The notes under the pieces were generated by a model, which saw nothing but the letters and a program-made list of their open reading frames with translations, did not search any database and was not told the DNA's origin. From the NCBI GenBank assembly GCA_034780895.1, contig JAUZTB010000075.1, positions 12,974,447 to 13,038,446 of the forward strand: DNA of 64,000 nt. The letters are read 5' to 3'. The translations under genes were made by a program, and so were the position numbers. Shown piece after piece: positions 13,001 to 25,456 of this stretch (the stretch's first letter is position 1; each line of letters opens with the position of its first letter). The stretch comes from Rhynchobatus australiae (taxonomy: Eukaryota).

Positions 13001-14694
13001 GAGGATAGGGAAATGGAATAAATTACTCATTTTAATTCTGTTGAATGACTGCTTAGAGAGCATGTGTTGCCTGCAGACACGTGAAGAAATTAATCATTCA
13101 AGATGTTAATTGTTTAATGGTCATCCTCCATTTCAGCACTCGGTCTCTTATGGGACATTGTTTCTTTGGAATCTGAATTTAAACAATTGAAAATAAATTA
13201 ACTTAAAAAAACATGTATTAGTTTTATAGATATACATTAGTCAGTTTCTTAGTAAATTAAGTACGTAATAATGTTTAAAGGATCCCCTTCTGCCGAGAAG
13301 AGTTTTAATGCAATGCAGTCTTGGCATGCCATTTGGTCTGTTGGCCATGGTCTCCTCTGTCGCTTGGCCTTTTCTAATACCATTGCCATCAGTGCAAAAC
13401 ATTGTGGACATATTTAGTCTGGACATGTCATTTGAAATTCCTCAGTCTTGGGGGAGAAACTGCACGGCTTAACAGAAAGTCTTAAATCATTTATAGTCTG
13501 GGCATTTAGTGCTTTGCAGAATGAGCAAGTCAAATAATTGGACAGGCAACTTCTGGAATGTTCAGCACATTTTGTTCTTCATGTAGATCACCAGTCTATA
13601 TCTTTGGTTATATGTGTTAACCACAAGCTTGTACTTAACTGTCTTTCAGCAACTTGTTCCTTGTATTTGATGTGAGTTTCCTGCACTGTTGGGACAATGC
13701 ATAGATTTTTCTTCAGCCTTTTCCCCATTTGGCCCTCGGTGGATCTGTGTCCTAAGACTTACTATTATGAATGAAGGACCATAAAAGCATTTTTAATTTT
13801 CTATTGTTCTGACCTGGAAACATTGGATGTTCATTCACCATTCGGACAATAACTGCTGTATCCAAATAGTCAGTGAGCAGGCTGTCACCTATCATCCCTT
13901 AATGCACAATAGAATATTGGGAGTTCTGCAGAATGTGACTGTGACAGACATGATCAAATTATCAAACCATGTAACAATACTTGCCCTCACACTTGTTTGG
14001 AGGGGAACATTGGAAAAATAAGCTTGCTCTCCTCAAAATTTGTTAATTTACATTAAACTAGATTTCAAGTTGCTTTCCAAGTCAGCCATACAAAAGATAT
14101 AGGCTGTTCTGTTGGACAACACATTATTATTGTGGATAGTGACATTAGGAAGGGTGTTGGAAGTTGTCTGATTGCCTGTTCACTCAGTTGCTGAAAACTG
14201 AAGAATGGGCAAGAGACAATCAATGGATGCAGGAAGATTAAAAATGATCAAGTAACCATGTCCAGCTAGGCAAGTAACTGCAATTCTTAGCAAAACAACA
14301 ATCCTGGATTGAAGAACTTTATGTTTGTTAAACCATGGCAAACAATAACACTCATTCCAGCATTAAATTGACTGTTGGTGAAACAGCAGAAATCTGAATG
14401 TCAAAATCATATATGCATAACCAGCATTTCCTGAGGATTTATAAGTTGCAGTCAAAGCAATTGTGCTCTGCGTAATATATAATTAGACATGTGGCATTAT
14501 TAGGTTTAATTGTCATAAATCATTTGGATCTTTTAATGTTTTCACGACTTTGGGCATCTCTTCTTAATGTGTTTGGAAACATTTATAATGGTTTATAACT
14601 TTTTTGTTTTGCCAATTTCCTTTGAAGTTCAAGTTTTAGTCAGTTGATTGATGTGCATGCAGATCCTCTGATTACTGCAGATCCTCTGATTACC

Positions 14695-15145
14695 ACAGGA
14701 AGTTGCCTGGACTGGAGGGCTTGAGTTATAAAAGAGAGATTGCATTGGGACTGTGTTTACTGGAGTGAGGGAGGCTGAGGGGTGACCTTATCAAGGTTTA
14801 TAAAATTAAAAGTGGCATAGATAGGGTAGATAGTCACAGTCTTTTTCTCAGCTTAGGGGAGTCTGACACTAAAGGGCAGGGATAAAGGTGAGAGGAGAGA
14901 GATTTAAAGGTGAACTGAGGAGTATGCTTTTCCACACAGAGGGTGGTGGGGAAATGGGACGATCTGCCAGAGGAATTGGTCGAGGCAGGTACATTTCAAA
15001 AAAACATTTTGACAGGTACATGGATAGGCAAGTTTTAGAGGGATATGGGCTAAATGCAGCTGAATGGGATTAGCATAGATAGGCATCTTCATCCACATGA
15101 AGAAGTTAAGCCAAAGGGCCTGTTTCCATGCAGTATAATTCTAAA
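14695..15145 (+). mobile_element. CR1 LINE 3' end
   Basis: aggctgaggggtgaccttat...gtttataaaat and tail gccaaagggcctgtttccatgc. Homologous to 39680-40105. Confidence 0.8.
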
Positions 15146-16521
15146 CTATCTTGTTTTAAGTCCCTGCCTGTATATATTTTGGCAAACTCTCTAACTGTTC
15201 AATGCTTATTATTGCACATTTTCAACCTAGGATTGACAGTAATTAATGAAAATTGAGTGCAGAAAAGATGGATTTTCAGACAAGTTTTATAATTTCACCC
15301 ATTCAAATGAAACATCGTTCTCTGCCTCACTATCCATCCAATATTAACACCTTACAAGAATTCAGACCGAAGAATTGCTCCTTATTTCAATATTGCACAG
15401 GGTTTCTCAAATGTGGGAGTACATGTTAAGTTTCAAGAGGACAAGACGTCTTAATGTTGGAGATTTAACCTCATGTCTCCCAATTCTCACTCTGCAAGGC
15501 TTTTTTTCATCCTAATTGCTATTATTATGTGTGGACTGCTTCATTCTGAACTATAAATAAATCTTCCTAAATTTAAACTCCTCCTTTTGCACTCCTTCAA
15601 ATTTTAACTTGTCAAACTATTTTTCATTTGTGGAGTTTCTGTTTTAGAATAATCGCATGATTTCAAACATGCTTCAGTTCCCTCTGTGTGTGCATTCCTT
15701 TTTCACCTAACAACCATTTAAACTTTTACATTGCCTGACTGCTCTATTTCATCTCCTGTTTTTAACATTGTTTGCAAAAGGAGTGGGCTATGAAGTGAAC
15801 ATTTTATTTGCAGTCTTTTTTAAAAGAAAAGTCACATTGCAGTAAAGCTAGCAGAATTTCTTTTGCATTCTCACCCTGTATATTTGCTTAAGATGGTCCT
15901 CTACGGAGCACACACTTTGATTTTAAAAACAAAGAGGGGAGAAGGTCTGTCAACTATAAGCTCATGCAAGTCCAGATTGTTGCTGCTTGTACTGTAGCCA
16001 TGTTCATTGGCCAATAACAGCTAGTTAAGTGAACTGATACTCATTGCACTGTGGTTCATTTGGCCCTCTGTATGTCACATCCAAGTCTTTTCCCTTTAAT
16101 TCTGCAAATAAATCTTCTGAAAAAAATATGCCCAATTTGACAAGTTCCAGTGAAAACTGATTCCACAAGTTGATACACATATATCATTTTGGCATTCAGA
16201 ACTCTGTTGGATGTTGCAGTACAGCTCCTATGCCCCCTTGTCTCGTCATTCCCCCCACTTCTTTTGCTAATCATTTTCAGTCTATGAGGAAACCTGGTTT
16301 CCGTACTTGTTTGACAAGTCTTCTCGACAGTTTTGAATACCACCATTAGAATTCGCGACTTGCATTTTGCAAAGCACAATAGTATGAAGAATTCATATGT
16401 CTATTTCAATTTTCTTTTGAGTTCTTGTAAAAGCTATTAAAAACGTGAGTTTGAATAAGAGGAGGATTACAATAAGATCTTTTTTAGGACATGCCATTTC
16501 CATATCTCTATCTTTCGGCAG

Positions 16522-16829
16522 GTGTTGTTCTCAGCACTGCTCACAATAATCAACCCCCTGGCCTGCAACAGTCGAAACCTCAGCTGCAACAGCCACAACT
16601 GTTGCTGCAACAGAAGCAGTCCCAGGCAGCAGCACAGCAGAAGCAGGCACAGCCCCAGCCTCCACCACAAGCAACGGTGCAGCAGAAACTGCCCCCAGCA
16701 GCAGTGCAGCCTCCACCAGGGCCACAGCAAATACCTGTGCAACCACAGCTCTTCCTCCAGCAATCACAGCTTCTGCAGCAGCAACAGCACTACCAGCAGC
16801 AGCAACAGCAGCAGATGATGGCTCAGCAG
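16522..16829 (+). CDS. AAK1: AAK1 exon ~12, Gln/Pro/Ala-rich (QPA) region
   Basis: cggcag| acceptor, |gtaaat donor, 308 nt, phase 1->0, CAG/CAA-rich ORF. Confidence 0.9.
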
Positions 16830-17359
16830 GTAAATGTTGCATGTGCATTGTTTAGAAAAGGCACATGCAATTAATGTTGTGTTCATGGTAGAGTGATAAT
16901 CTTCACGGTAAGTCTTTTGCTCTATGTTCTCTACCCTCCTCCTCACTTTGGTAAGGATATTACAATATTACAGCTCCTGAAATGGTGTACATTACTACTT
17001 GTCACCCTATCTGGAAATTCATAGAACTTGTGTTGGGAAGCAACATTGCCCCAATAAATCTGCCCATTCTAAGTACTCAATATCATTAGATAACATCAAA
17101 GGCAGTCTTTGCAAATAGACACGGCTTTTTACAGCTTATAATGCATCTCGGTGTTTTAGGCCGGTGTAATCATTCTGAAAATGTGCTAAATTTTTGATTT
17201 TGGTAATGGTCCATTCTGTTTCTGAAAGTTAAGAGTTGTTGGAAAAGATGGTTTTAATGATCTCTGCTATTGTGGAGATGCTCATCAGGTCTCCCAATCA
17301 GCTAGGATCTAATGGTCATAGAGAAGCAGCAAGGAAGAAGATTGTTCAGCATTTTGTAC

Positions 17360-18500
17360 TTGGAGACACAGAGCTATGGTCTTTGAAAGGCCAGTCATAC
17401 CTAGCCCCCTATCCCTGTAACTGTGCAAGTTCTTAATCCTCAACAACTCTCTAGCTCTTTCTTTAAACATTATTTATGGAGTCAATTTCCACACTTTTAT
17501 TCAAGTAGAACATTACAGATAAAATTTCTCCTCAGTTGGCTCTAAATCTTCTGTCTTTGGTTTTAAATTATGAACTCCTGGCTCCACCCACTCACAGAAG
17601 GTTGAAACTTAGTTCTCTCAAAATACTTGTGAACCTCTTAATCCACATTTTTGACCCCCTCCCCCAACCANNNNNNNNNNNNNNNNNNNNNNNNNNNNNN
17701 NNNNNNNNNNNNNNNNNNNNNNNNNNNNNNNNNNNNNNNNNNNNNNNNNNNNNNNNNNNNNNNNNNNNNNTAATCCACATTTGTGACCCCCTCCCCCAAC
17801 CATGCCAAGGAGGACAGTTCTAACTTTTACAATCTCCTCAGAACTGAACATCCCCCACCACCCCACCCCCCCTCCCTGGTAACATGATTCTTCGTACCTC
17901 TTGTAAGCTCGTTGTGTTGTTCCTGGAATGCCCAGAACTTTCTAAATTTCTAACATGATTTGCTTTCATTAGTACTACTGCTTATATCCCCGAGCAACTA
18001 ATATGCTTTCAATCACCTTTAAACCCTTTCATCTTTAAAAATTTGTGTACAATGACATCATAGACTCTGTTTTGTCGACATTTTTCAAAATCAAATTATT
18101 TTTAAAATATGGTCTTTTCATTTTAGTTCTCCCAAAGTGCTTCACTTCACAATACGTGACATTGAACTCCAGGTTTGTCATTTTTTTCTGCCAACTTTCA
18201 GTGTCCTATCTTGTCTGAAACCAACAGTGGTCCCTGGAGCAGTCTAATGTTTTGTCAAGTTTCCTGTTATGCATTTCATGGCTGGTCTTTGCATCTGAGC
18301 CTGGTTGTTTACAAAAACTGAAAGAGTAATGAAGCCAAAACTTGAAACACCATTGCAAACCTTCACAATCATGCTTTGCTTCACTGAGCTAATTTTGTAT
18401 CCAGACTATCACTTTCCCCTTAATTTCTTAATTCCACAATTGTCCAGGCCTTCGTCTTGTCCAGCCACTTTGAAAGCCATCCCAAAGCAACATTCGCTGG
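17360..18500 (-). mobile_element. Old degenerate CR1 LINE fragment
   Basis: Pyrimidine-rich minus-strand CR1 tail and RT remnants similar to 1590-2960 and 43610-44430. Boundaries approximate. Confidence 0.45.
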
Positions 18501-19971
18501 TACCTCTCTATAAAGAATTTAATTAAAATGGGGGTAGAAAACTTGTTTCTGCACAGAATAGAAATTGTGAAATAAAACTAGGGGCTATAGCAGTTGAAAT
18601 GGGGTAACTTTTGCACATGTGGAAGCGAGCCAGGTACTTTTTGTGCCCTATCTGAACATTAGGAGGGCATGCAAAGGTTTGCAATGCAAATATCTTTAAG
18701 GTATTCTGCCAGGTTGTTTTCTTTTTGTATCGAATTCTGGAGACCTTCCATAATTAATGGAATTTTACAAATGGAATTGTGAAGCTTGCATGTTATTAGC
18801 TAATCTGTGACTAGTCCAAGACCCTAATTTTTTTATTTATTCAAGTTTAGATATATATTTGTGTTGGTGTACAGATGTGACGGTGTATTGATCATACACA
18901 AAATGCACTATGATAGGCAGGATAAGATGCTGGGGGAGGCCTGAAGTTATTTAATAGAGCTGACTTGTTCATATTAAGTTTATTTTCTTTGTGTTTCAAG
19001 GTAATTTTTCAAACTATACCTCACAAGTATTCATGCAAAGTAATGAACTGCTAAGCAACTTCAATTGCTATAGGTATTAAAAAGGAGAAAAAGTAGAGGG
19101 AAACTGCATCACCATCATCATCACCATAATAATCTTTTATGATTTTTTTCTTAATATTAAGAATCACTGGTCTGGTCTAGCTTTTAATCTGTCTTGGTAT
19201 GTTTTTTCTACTTTACAGTGTGTTTAAATTATCACCATCTATTTGTCAACTCATTATTCATGACTGCTCAGTGTGTATACAAGTTGTGCACAATATTATT
19301 TCACCAACTCGATGGTTAGAACTAGGTCTTATGTGCCTTTAATTGCCTCTGCACTTAGTAGTTGGCTCGCCCTTATGGGTAAGCTTGCTTGTATTCTTGG
19401 TCCTGAGTTAGAACACTAGGTTGGAGTTGTAGGTACAGATTGAACATATGATCTAGGCTGACNNNNNNNNNNNNNNNNNNNNNNNNNNNNNNNNNNNNCT
19501 GCAGCCTTGGCTCATGATATTCTTAACCATCAGCCAAGACTGCAGACTTGGCCAACGACCCACTCATAACTTAAGAATTAAAATGTCATCTTGTTCCTCC
19601 TTGCATACATCTGGCCTGCAGTGTTTACATACAAATGACAGGGCACTGCAAGCTATTTTATACTGTATAAATCATTTCAAGATTTTTTTTTGTTGTAATA
19701 ATGCACTGTTTAAACATGTCACTTTCCCTTAACCCAGTCTACTTGCTGCAGACTTGTGTATACCTTACTGCTGCCCAAAGTTTTCACTGACATAATGTGA
19801 TAAAGCACACTTATGGCGCCTGTATTTATACTGGTCAGTCATCATTTGGCAGTGGTGAAATCCAATTTGTCAACTTTGTTATTCTTATTTTCTTTTATGA
19901 TTTTATGTTTTATATTACTGATTTCTTTTAATTGATTTTGAGTCTTTTATTTGCATGTGTTTGTGCACCAG

Positions 19972-20202
19972 TACCACGCCATACAGCAAGCTCAGCAACA
20001 AGTAATGCAACATCAGATGATGCAGAATTTCTATCTCCAGCAACAGCAGCTTGTCACAGCCATACAACAGATGCAGTATGTGAGCCAGCAGGCTGCTAAT
20101 GCCCAGCCGCAGCTGACTGCAGCACACCCGCAACACACACCATTGCCCCTACCGCAGCAACATGCTGCAGGTGCACAAGCAGCCTCTCAGGAACAGGGAA
20201 TG
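19972..20202 (+). CDS. AAK1: AAK1 exon ~13, Gln-rich: YHAIQQAQQQVMQHQMMQNFYLQQQQ...ASQEQGM
   Basis: caccag| acceptor, |gtaaga donor, 231 nt, phase 0->0, MQNFY motif. Confidence 0.9.
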
Positions 20203-20331
20203 GTAAGAGTTCGCAAATTAAGTGTTTATCCCTTTACAACACATAAACATACTGCAACGAAGAGAGCCTTGCCTTTTATTGGCAGGTGGGTGGGAGGCAC
20301 TGATCAAGAAACTATGACACTTCCCAAACTT

Positions 20332-20680
20332 GCAGCACGGTAGCGCAGTTGGTAGAATTGCTGCCTTGTAGCTCTGGTGACCCAGGTTCAATCCTGACCT
20401 CCCTGTTGTCTGTGTGGAGTTTGCACTTTCTCCCTATGACCTTGTGGATTTCCTGCACTATGGTTTCCACCCACATCCCAAAGACCATGCAGGTTGGTTG
20501 GTTAATTGCCCACTGTAAATTGCTCCCAGTATGTAGATGAGTGGTAGAATCTAGGGGTAGTTGATGGATAAGTAGGGAGAATGGGTTATAGGGAATATTA
20601 GTGGGGAATGGGATTGCTCTTTGAGCTTGCACCAACTTGATGGGCCAAAATAGCTTCCTCCCATGTCATAATGAAATATG
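20332..20680 (+). mobile_element. Near full-length tRNA-derived V-SINE/HE1-like SINE
   Basis: A-box-like tagcgcagttgg, B-box ggttcaatcc, conserved body, CR1-like tail ttgatgggccaaaatagc. Confidence 0.8.
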
Positions 20681-21089
20681 AGTAGATGCTGTTACCCCAA
20701 ACATGTGCAAATGTGAAATTTATGCCAAATCAAAGTTTTCTTTAAATAAAAAAACATCTCGCTTATAACTGTGTAGTCTGTCACATTTGTGTTACTATTT
20801 GAAATCAAGCAATTCTGCTTAATTGTTCTCCCCCCCCACCCCCCGCTTGATCAGTTTCTTATAGAGGCCATATCTAAATAATTACATTTTCACAAAGAGC
20901 AGTCATCCTTCACCCTCACTCTGAACAAGTCACAAAATTGGCTAAGGCATTAATCTGCTTTTTCTAAGCGATAATATTTCTAGTTAAATGGGAAATATAG
21001 ACACTGTAATAAATAGGCATCACAACTGCTTAGCTGAAACCATGTGGAATACTTAGTGATTTCCACTCTTTTTCTCATTCCAAAATCCC

Positions 21090-21550
21090 TTATCCTGTAA
21101 CCTGAAACTATAACCCCTTTTTCTAGCCACCCCAGCCAGGGGACACATCCTCTGCCAGAATTTAATGTCCCCTCTCATTCGTCTAAGCTGTAGTGTATAC
21201 GAACATAGTTGACTTAATCATTCTTTATATAACAGTCTGTCATCCCAGGAATCAAGCTGGTGAACCTTCACTGCACTGCCTCGATAGCAAGTATATATTT
21301 TCATAGGTAACAAGATCAAAGCTGCACACAATACTCTTAGTATGGTCTCTCAAGGCCTGATATAATTGTAGCAAGACTTGCTCCAGTATTCAGATCCTCT
21401 AGTGAACATATAATTTGCCTTCTTAACTGCTTGCTGAAGAGCATGTTTGCTTTCAGTGACAGGTGAACAGAGACACCCTAGTCTCTATACATGAATGCTT
21501 ACAATCCAACACTATTTAAATAATGCACCACCTTTCTGAATTTCCTTCGG
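21090..21550 (-). mobile_element. Degenerate CR1 LINE RT fragment
   Basis: catcccaggaatcaagctggtgaaccttcactgcac...ctgcacacaatactc resembles the minus-strand CR1 at 2000-2130. Confidence 0.55.
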
Positions 21551-21589
21551 AGTTGTCCCATTCTCAGGGAATTCCTCTCATTGAGTGCC

Positions 21590-21800
21590 AGCTGTGACTT
21601 GGTCAGTAGCACTCTCATCTCTGGCTTCAAGTCACACTGCAAAGACCAAACTCAAAATCTAGACTGTGAAGTACTGAGCATATACTCTACTGTCAGACCA
21701 TGATGGATGTAAATAAATCTGCAGATCTATTTCAAAGGAAAGCAAGAGAAATATGCCCAAGTTTCAAGGCAACATTCATCCCCCAACCAGAATCACCAAT
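21590..21800 (+). mobile_element. Degenerate Deu-domain SINE (SacSINE1/AmnSINE1-like)
   Basis: ttcaagtcacactgc...atctagactg...agtactgag...gatgtaaa...ctatttcaaagg; similar to 38810-39015. Confidence 0.5.
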
Positions 21801-22650
21801 TAAAATAGAACTGAAGTATTACACATTATGAAAATATAATATAGTATTTATCTGAGAGTTTATCCCAGCTGTCATAGTCAATATTAATCCCTTGATCATC
21901 ATTANNNNNNNNNNNNNNNNNNNNNNNNNNNNNNNNNNNNNNNNNNNNNNNNNNNNNNNNNNNNNNNNNNNNNNNNNNNNNNNNNNNNNNNNNNNNNNNN
22001 NNNNTAATTACAATCATTTGTCGTGTTGGAATTGCCATTAATTTTATGGGACAAGCAGACTTGTTGCTCCAGGTCCCAGCATCTGCAGTCTCTTGTGTTG
22101 ACAATGTAATCCATTAGGTGTGTGGTTCCTTTAAGTCACTTCCATCTTTCTTTATCTTACCTTGTCCGTCCTATTTGTTCCGCCCTGTGTAATTATTCAG
22201 CCAGCTTTTTAAATTCATCAAGCTAAATGTCTGTTTTATTCCACTTGGTAAATTTGCATCTTTTTAAGACCTGGAGCAAATGGCTGTTCTGGACTTCAAG
22301 TGATGGCATTGTTTAGAAATGAAATGGCCACTGTTACATCAGTCAAGGTAAAATGGTTAGTATTTAAACATAGGATCACTGCCACACAATTCATCCACCC
22401 CTCAAAATGGCTCCTTACTCTCCCACTCTTGTCTCATCCAGGAATACTTGGGCCAATTGCTATCCCAGCTATTTGGCATTTATTTTTGTGTAGACCAGAA
22501 ATTGAATCTGGTTTACTCAGCAGTACATGGGGAATCCATTCATCTACAAAGCTGTTGGGTTGCTCTTAATTTAGTAAAATATGAAAGGAGCTTTTATTTG
22601 GTTTAAACCAGCCAATGTAAGACATTCACCACATGACCTTTTCCACTCAG

Positions 22651-22808
22651 GTCAGCTACCACAACTCCCTCAGGATCTCCCAGGACCTCCCAACAAAATG
22701 TGTACAATCCTCCTGATGTTTCTACATGGAACCCATTTGCTGATGACAATTTCTCCAAACTCACTGCAGAGGAGCTACTCAATAAGGACTTTGAAAAGCT
22801 CAAAGATA
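22651..22808 (+). CDS. AAK1: AAK1 exon ~15: [52 protein letters not shown]
   Basis: actcag| acceptor, |gtaagt donor, 158 nt, phase 2->1, WNPF motif. Confidence 0.96.
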
Positions 22809-24805
22809 GTAAGTATAAAACTGACGAATACTTGAGCACAAAACCAATCCACTCATGTAACTCCTTTCATCTTTTATCATTTCACTAAAGGTTATTCTCC
22901 AATTATCAAATTCCATTTTGAGGGTTAAATCTGTCTTCATACTTTTGAACAGGCTATAAGGTGATGGTTTGGAATTTGATTACTTTGGAAATAGGATGAA
23001 AAGATATAATGTGGTGCAAGATTCCACATATTACAGGCCCAATGAGAGGCTGAGCTGTAGTGGAAGCAATCAAGCTTTGAATGTTCACATTTGAAACAGA
23101 TTTGTAAGGCTTTAGAATAGACCTCAAAAACTTTTAGGTAAAGCAGATGAATCAACATCGGTGTTCTGAAAGCAGGCAAAGAAATTTCACTTGACCAAAT
23201 TAACCGTTCAAACCTACATTTTTCAGCACTTGAGGATGAAGGATGATGTAACTTTGATCTTCCATTGAACAAGGGGAAAATAAAGTAGCCATTCACATAA
23301 TTGAGAGTGAGTGTGGCTGTGTCTGTAGTTTGACATTTGAATATTGATTTATGCTTGTTTCATTTATTTCATATCGAAATGCTGTAATTTGTCTAAGGTG
23401 CTGAGTGTCATATATTCTTGAATTCCAAGCATGCTGTATGTTAGCATGAACAGTTCAAATTCTGTCTTTTTCCAAGTATAGTTGGCATCATTGCNNNNNN
23501 NNNNNNNNNNNNNNNNNNNNNNNNNNNNNNNNNNNNNNNNNNNNNNNNNNNNNNNNNNNNNNNNNNNNNNNNNNNNNNNNNNNNNNNNNNNNNNGGCATC
23601 ATTGCAAGAATGGTTGCTGATGCAGCTTGAGCAGTGCAGCAGTTGTTGATCCTTAACTATTTCCAATTGCATTGCTGAATTTAATTGAAACTCAGCTGAT
23701 TGATTTTTTTTAATTGAAGTCCCACAATGCTTTTGTTAAAACATAGAGCTATATTTGAATAAAAGCAAATTTTGTAAGTTGCCTAGCAGACATACCTACT
23801 CCCCTTAGCAATCCTTATGCAGGTTGTCAGCTGGGGCACTTGAGATTTACATTTCATATCATGTGACAGTAGCCATAAGAGATTAGCTTTGAACACGCAG
23901 CAAATGTAGGCAGAAAGAAACTAATCGCAGAAGCTTGCTCAAAGAATTTGCTTTTTAATGCATTAGCACTTTTAAACAAAAGGATTTTGATTTGTTGGTC
24001 AACTGGAAAGCATGTTTGGGAAGGATCTGCAGGATAGATTATTTTGAGGTCTTCAAATGAGGAGAGAGAGGTAGACATATGAAGGGGGTTGGGAAGACCA
24101 TTCCAGGTAATATTGCTATAATGGTTGAATACCTTGCCTTTACTGGTGAAGCAGAGCAAAATCTCAGTAAGCCAGTTGTTTTTGTGTATTACAGTATTAA
24201 GCTGGAACAACATGAAGGTTGTAGGACTGAACTATCAGTGCGACCTTGGCAACTAATCTCATTCCTTTTTTATTTGTCTTTCATTTTCTGATTGTCTATA
24301 TTTGCCTTCGCTCTTAAGTTCTTTGAACATTCTTTGAATTACTGTTGTTTCTCTTGTTTCATTCTATTTTTTGGCTTAATGACAAAGAAAAGAGAACTTG
24401 CATTTTTAATTTATCCTCTAAGTGTCCCAAAACAAACGATGAAACAGTTGGTGAATGAAACCACCAATCGGCACATTCTACGAACATCCATTAGGTAATT
24501 CATCAATTCTTAAAATAAGAGCTCTGTTTTAACTAAATCTAAAAATGATCTGTAGCCTTAATTGTATTGAAAAAGAAAATACACTTCTTATCACAGCCTT
24601 CCTTTACCTTGAGTACCTTTGTATCTTTGACTTGTTTCGATTGGATGTAAAATTAACCACTGTCTGATATCTTCTATAAAGATATACAGTGATTGGCTGG
24701 CAAACAAATGTTTCTTATTCTCATGACTGTTTATTTCTTTTCTTTTTTCAAAACATTAATGAGAGACGACAGCAATTTTAAAAAATTGTTTCTGAAATTC
24801 CACAG

Positions 24806-24919
24806 ATAAGGTTGAGAAGACTGATACTGCTACTGAGAGTCTAATGCCAGGGCTTCCATCCACTCAGGTCCAGGTGCAGGCAGATGCTTTTGGAATAGAT
24901 CCCTTTGTCTCTGCGACAG
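24806..24919 (+). CDS. AAK1: AAK1 exon ~16: KVEKTDTATESLMPGLPSTQVQVQADAFGIDPFVSAT
   Basis: ccacag| acceptor, |gttagt donor, 114 nt, phase 1->1. Resembles human ESLIPGFQSTQGDAF. Confidence 0.88.
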
Positions 24920-25363
24920 GTTAGTATGTAAACCAATGCTAACTGTAGCAGTCTTGCATTCTAAAATTGTGCTGTGTCCTACATTGAAAATGCAGGAAAT
25001 GTACAGGAAGTCAGGCGACACTTGAAAAAAAGTTTTATGTTGGTTCAGGTAATAACCTTACTCAAAGGGAGTGACTCCCAACAAAAGAAAATAGAAGGGA
25101 GTTGATCTACTAACATGTTATGTCATAGGAGAAATTCAGTATTTAGCTCATTCACAAAACTTGTATTTTGACTTCATTCTCTAGTCATAAACATTGGCCT
25201 TTTGAGCTGATTGAATATGAATTGACTGTAAACACAATGTGACTGGCTCAGCAGATGGATGAATCATTTTGTGATGTATAATTGTTCTCTACTTCCTTCC
25301 TCCTTTGCTGCTCCTTGTTGCCTTCCGCTCTTCTGTCTGCTCTTACCTACTCGGTTGGCTCAG

Positions 25364-25456
25364 CTGAAAAGTCTTCAGAACTGTTGGTTCCAGATGCTGC
25401 CATCCCGCCAATTAACGTACCCGATCCTTTCACTCCTGTATCATCTGACCCGCCAG
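25364..25456 (+). CDS. AAK1: AAK1 exon ~17: EKSSELLVPDAAIPPINVPDPFTPVSSDPP
   Basis: Long pyrimidine tract plus ctcag|, |gtaaat donor, 93 nt, phase 1->1, DPF motif. Confidence 0.85.

Noticed and set aside
14658-14693. 18-bp tandem duplication at the 5' junction of a CR1 fragment (similar small duplications at ~4921 and ~39901)
   Set aside because: Ordinary slippage or insertion scar; no array
16467-16848. Leu-rich, Ala-rich and Ser-rich ORFs in alternative frames and strands
   Set aside because: By-products of the CAG-rich exon
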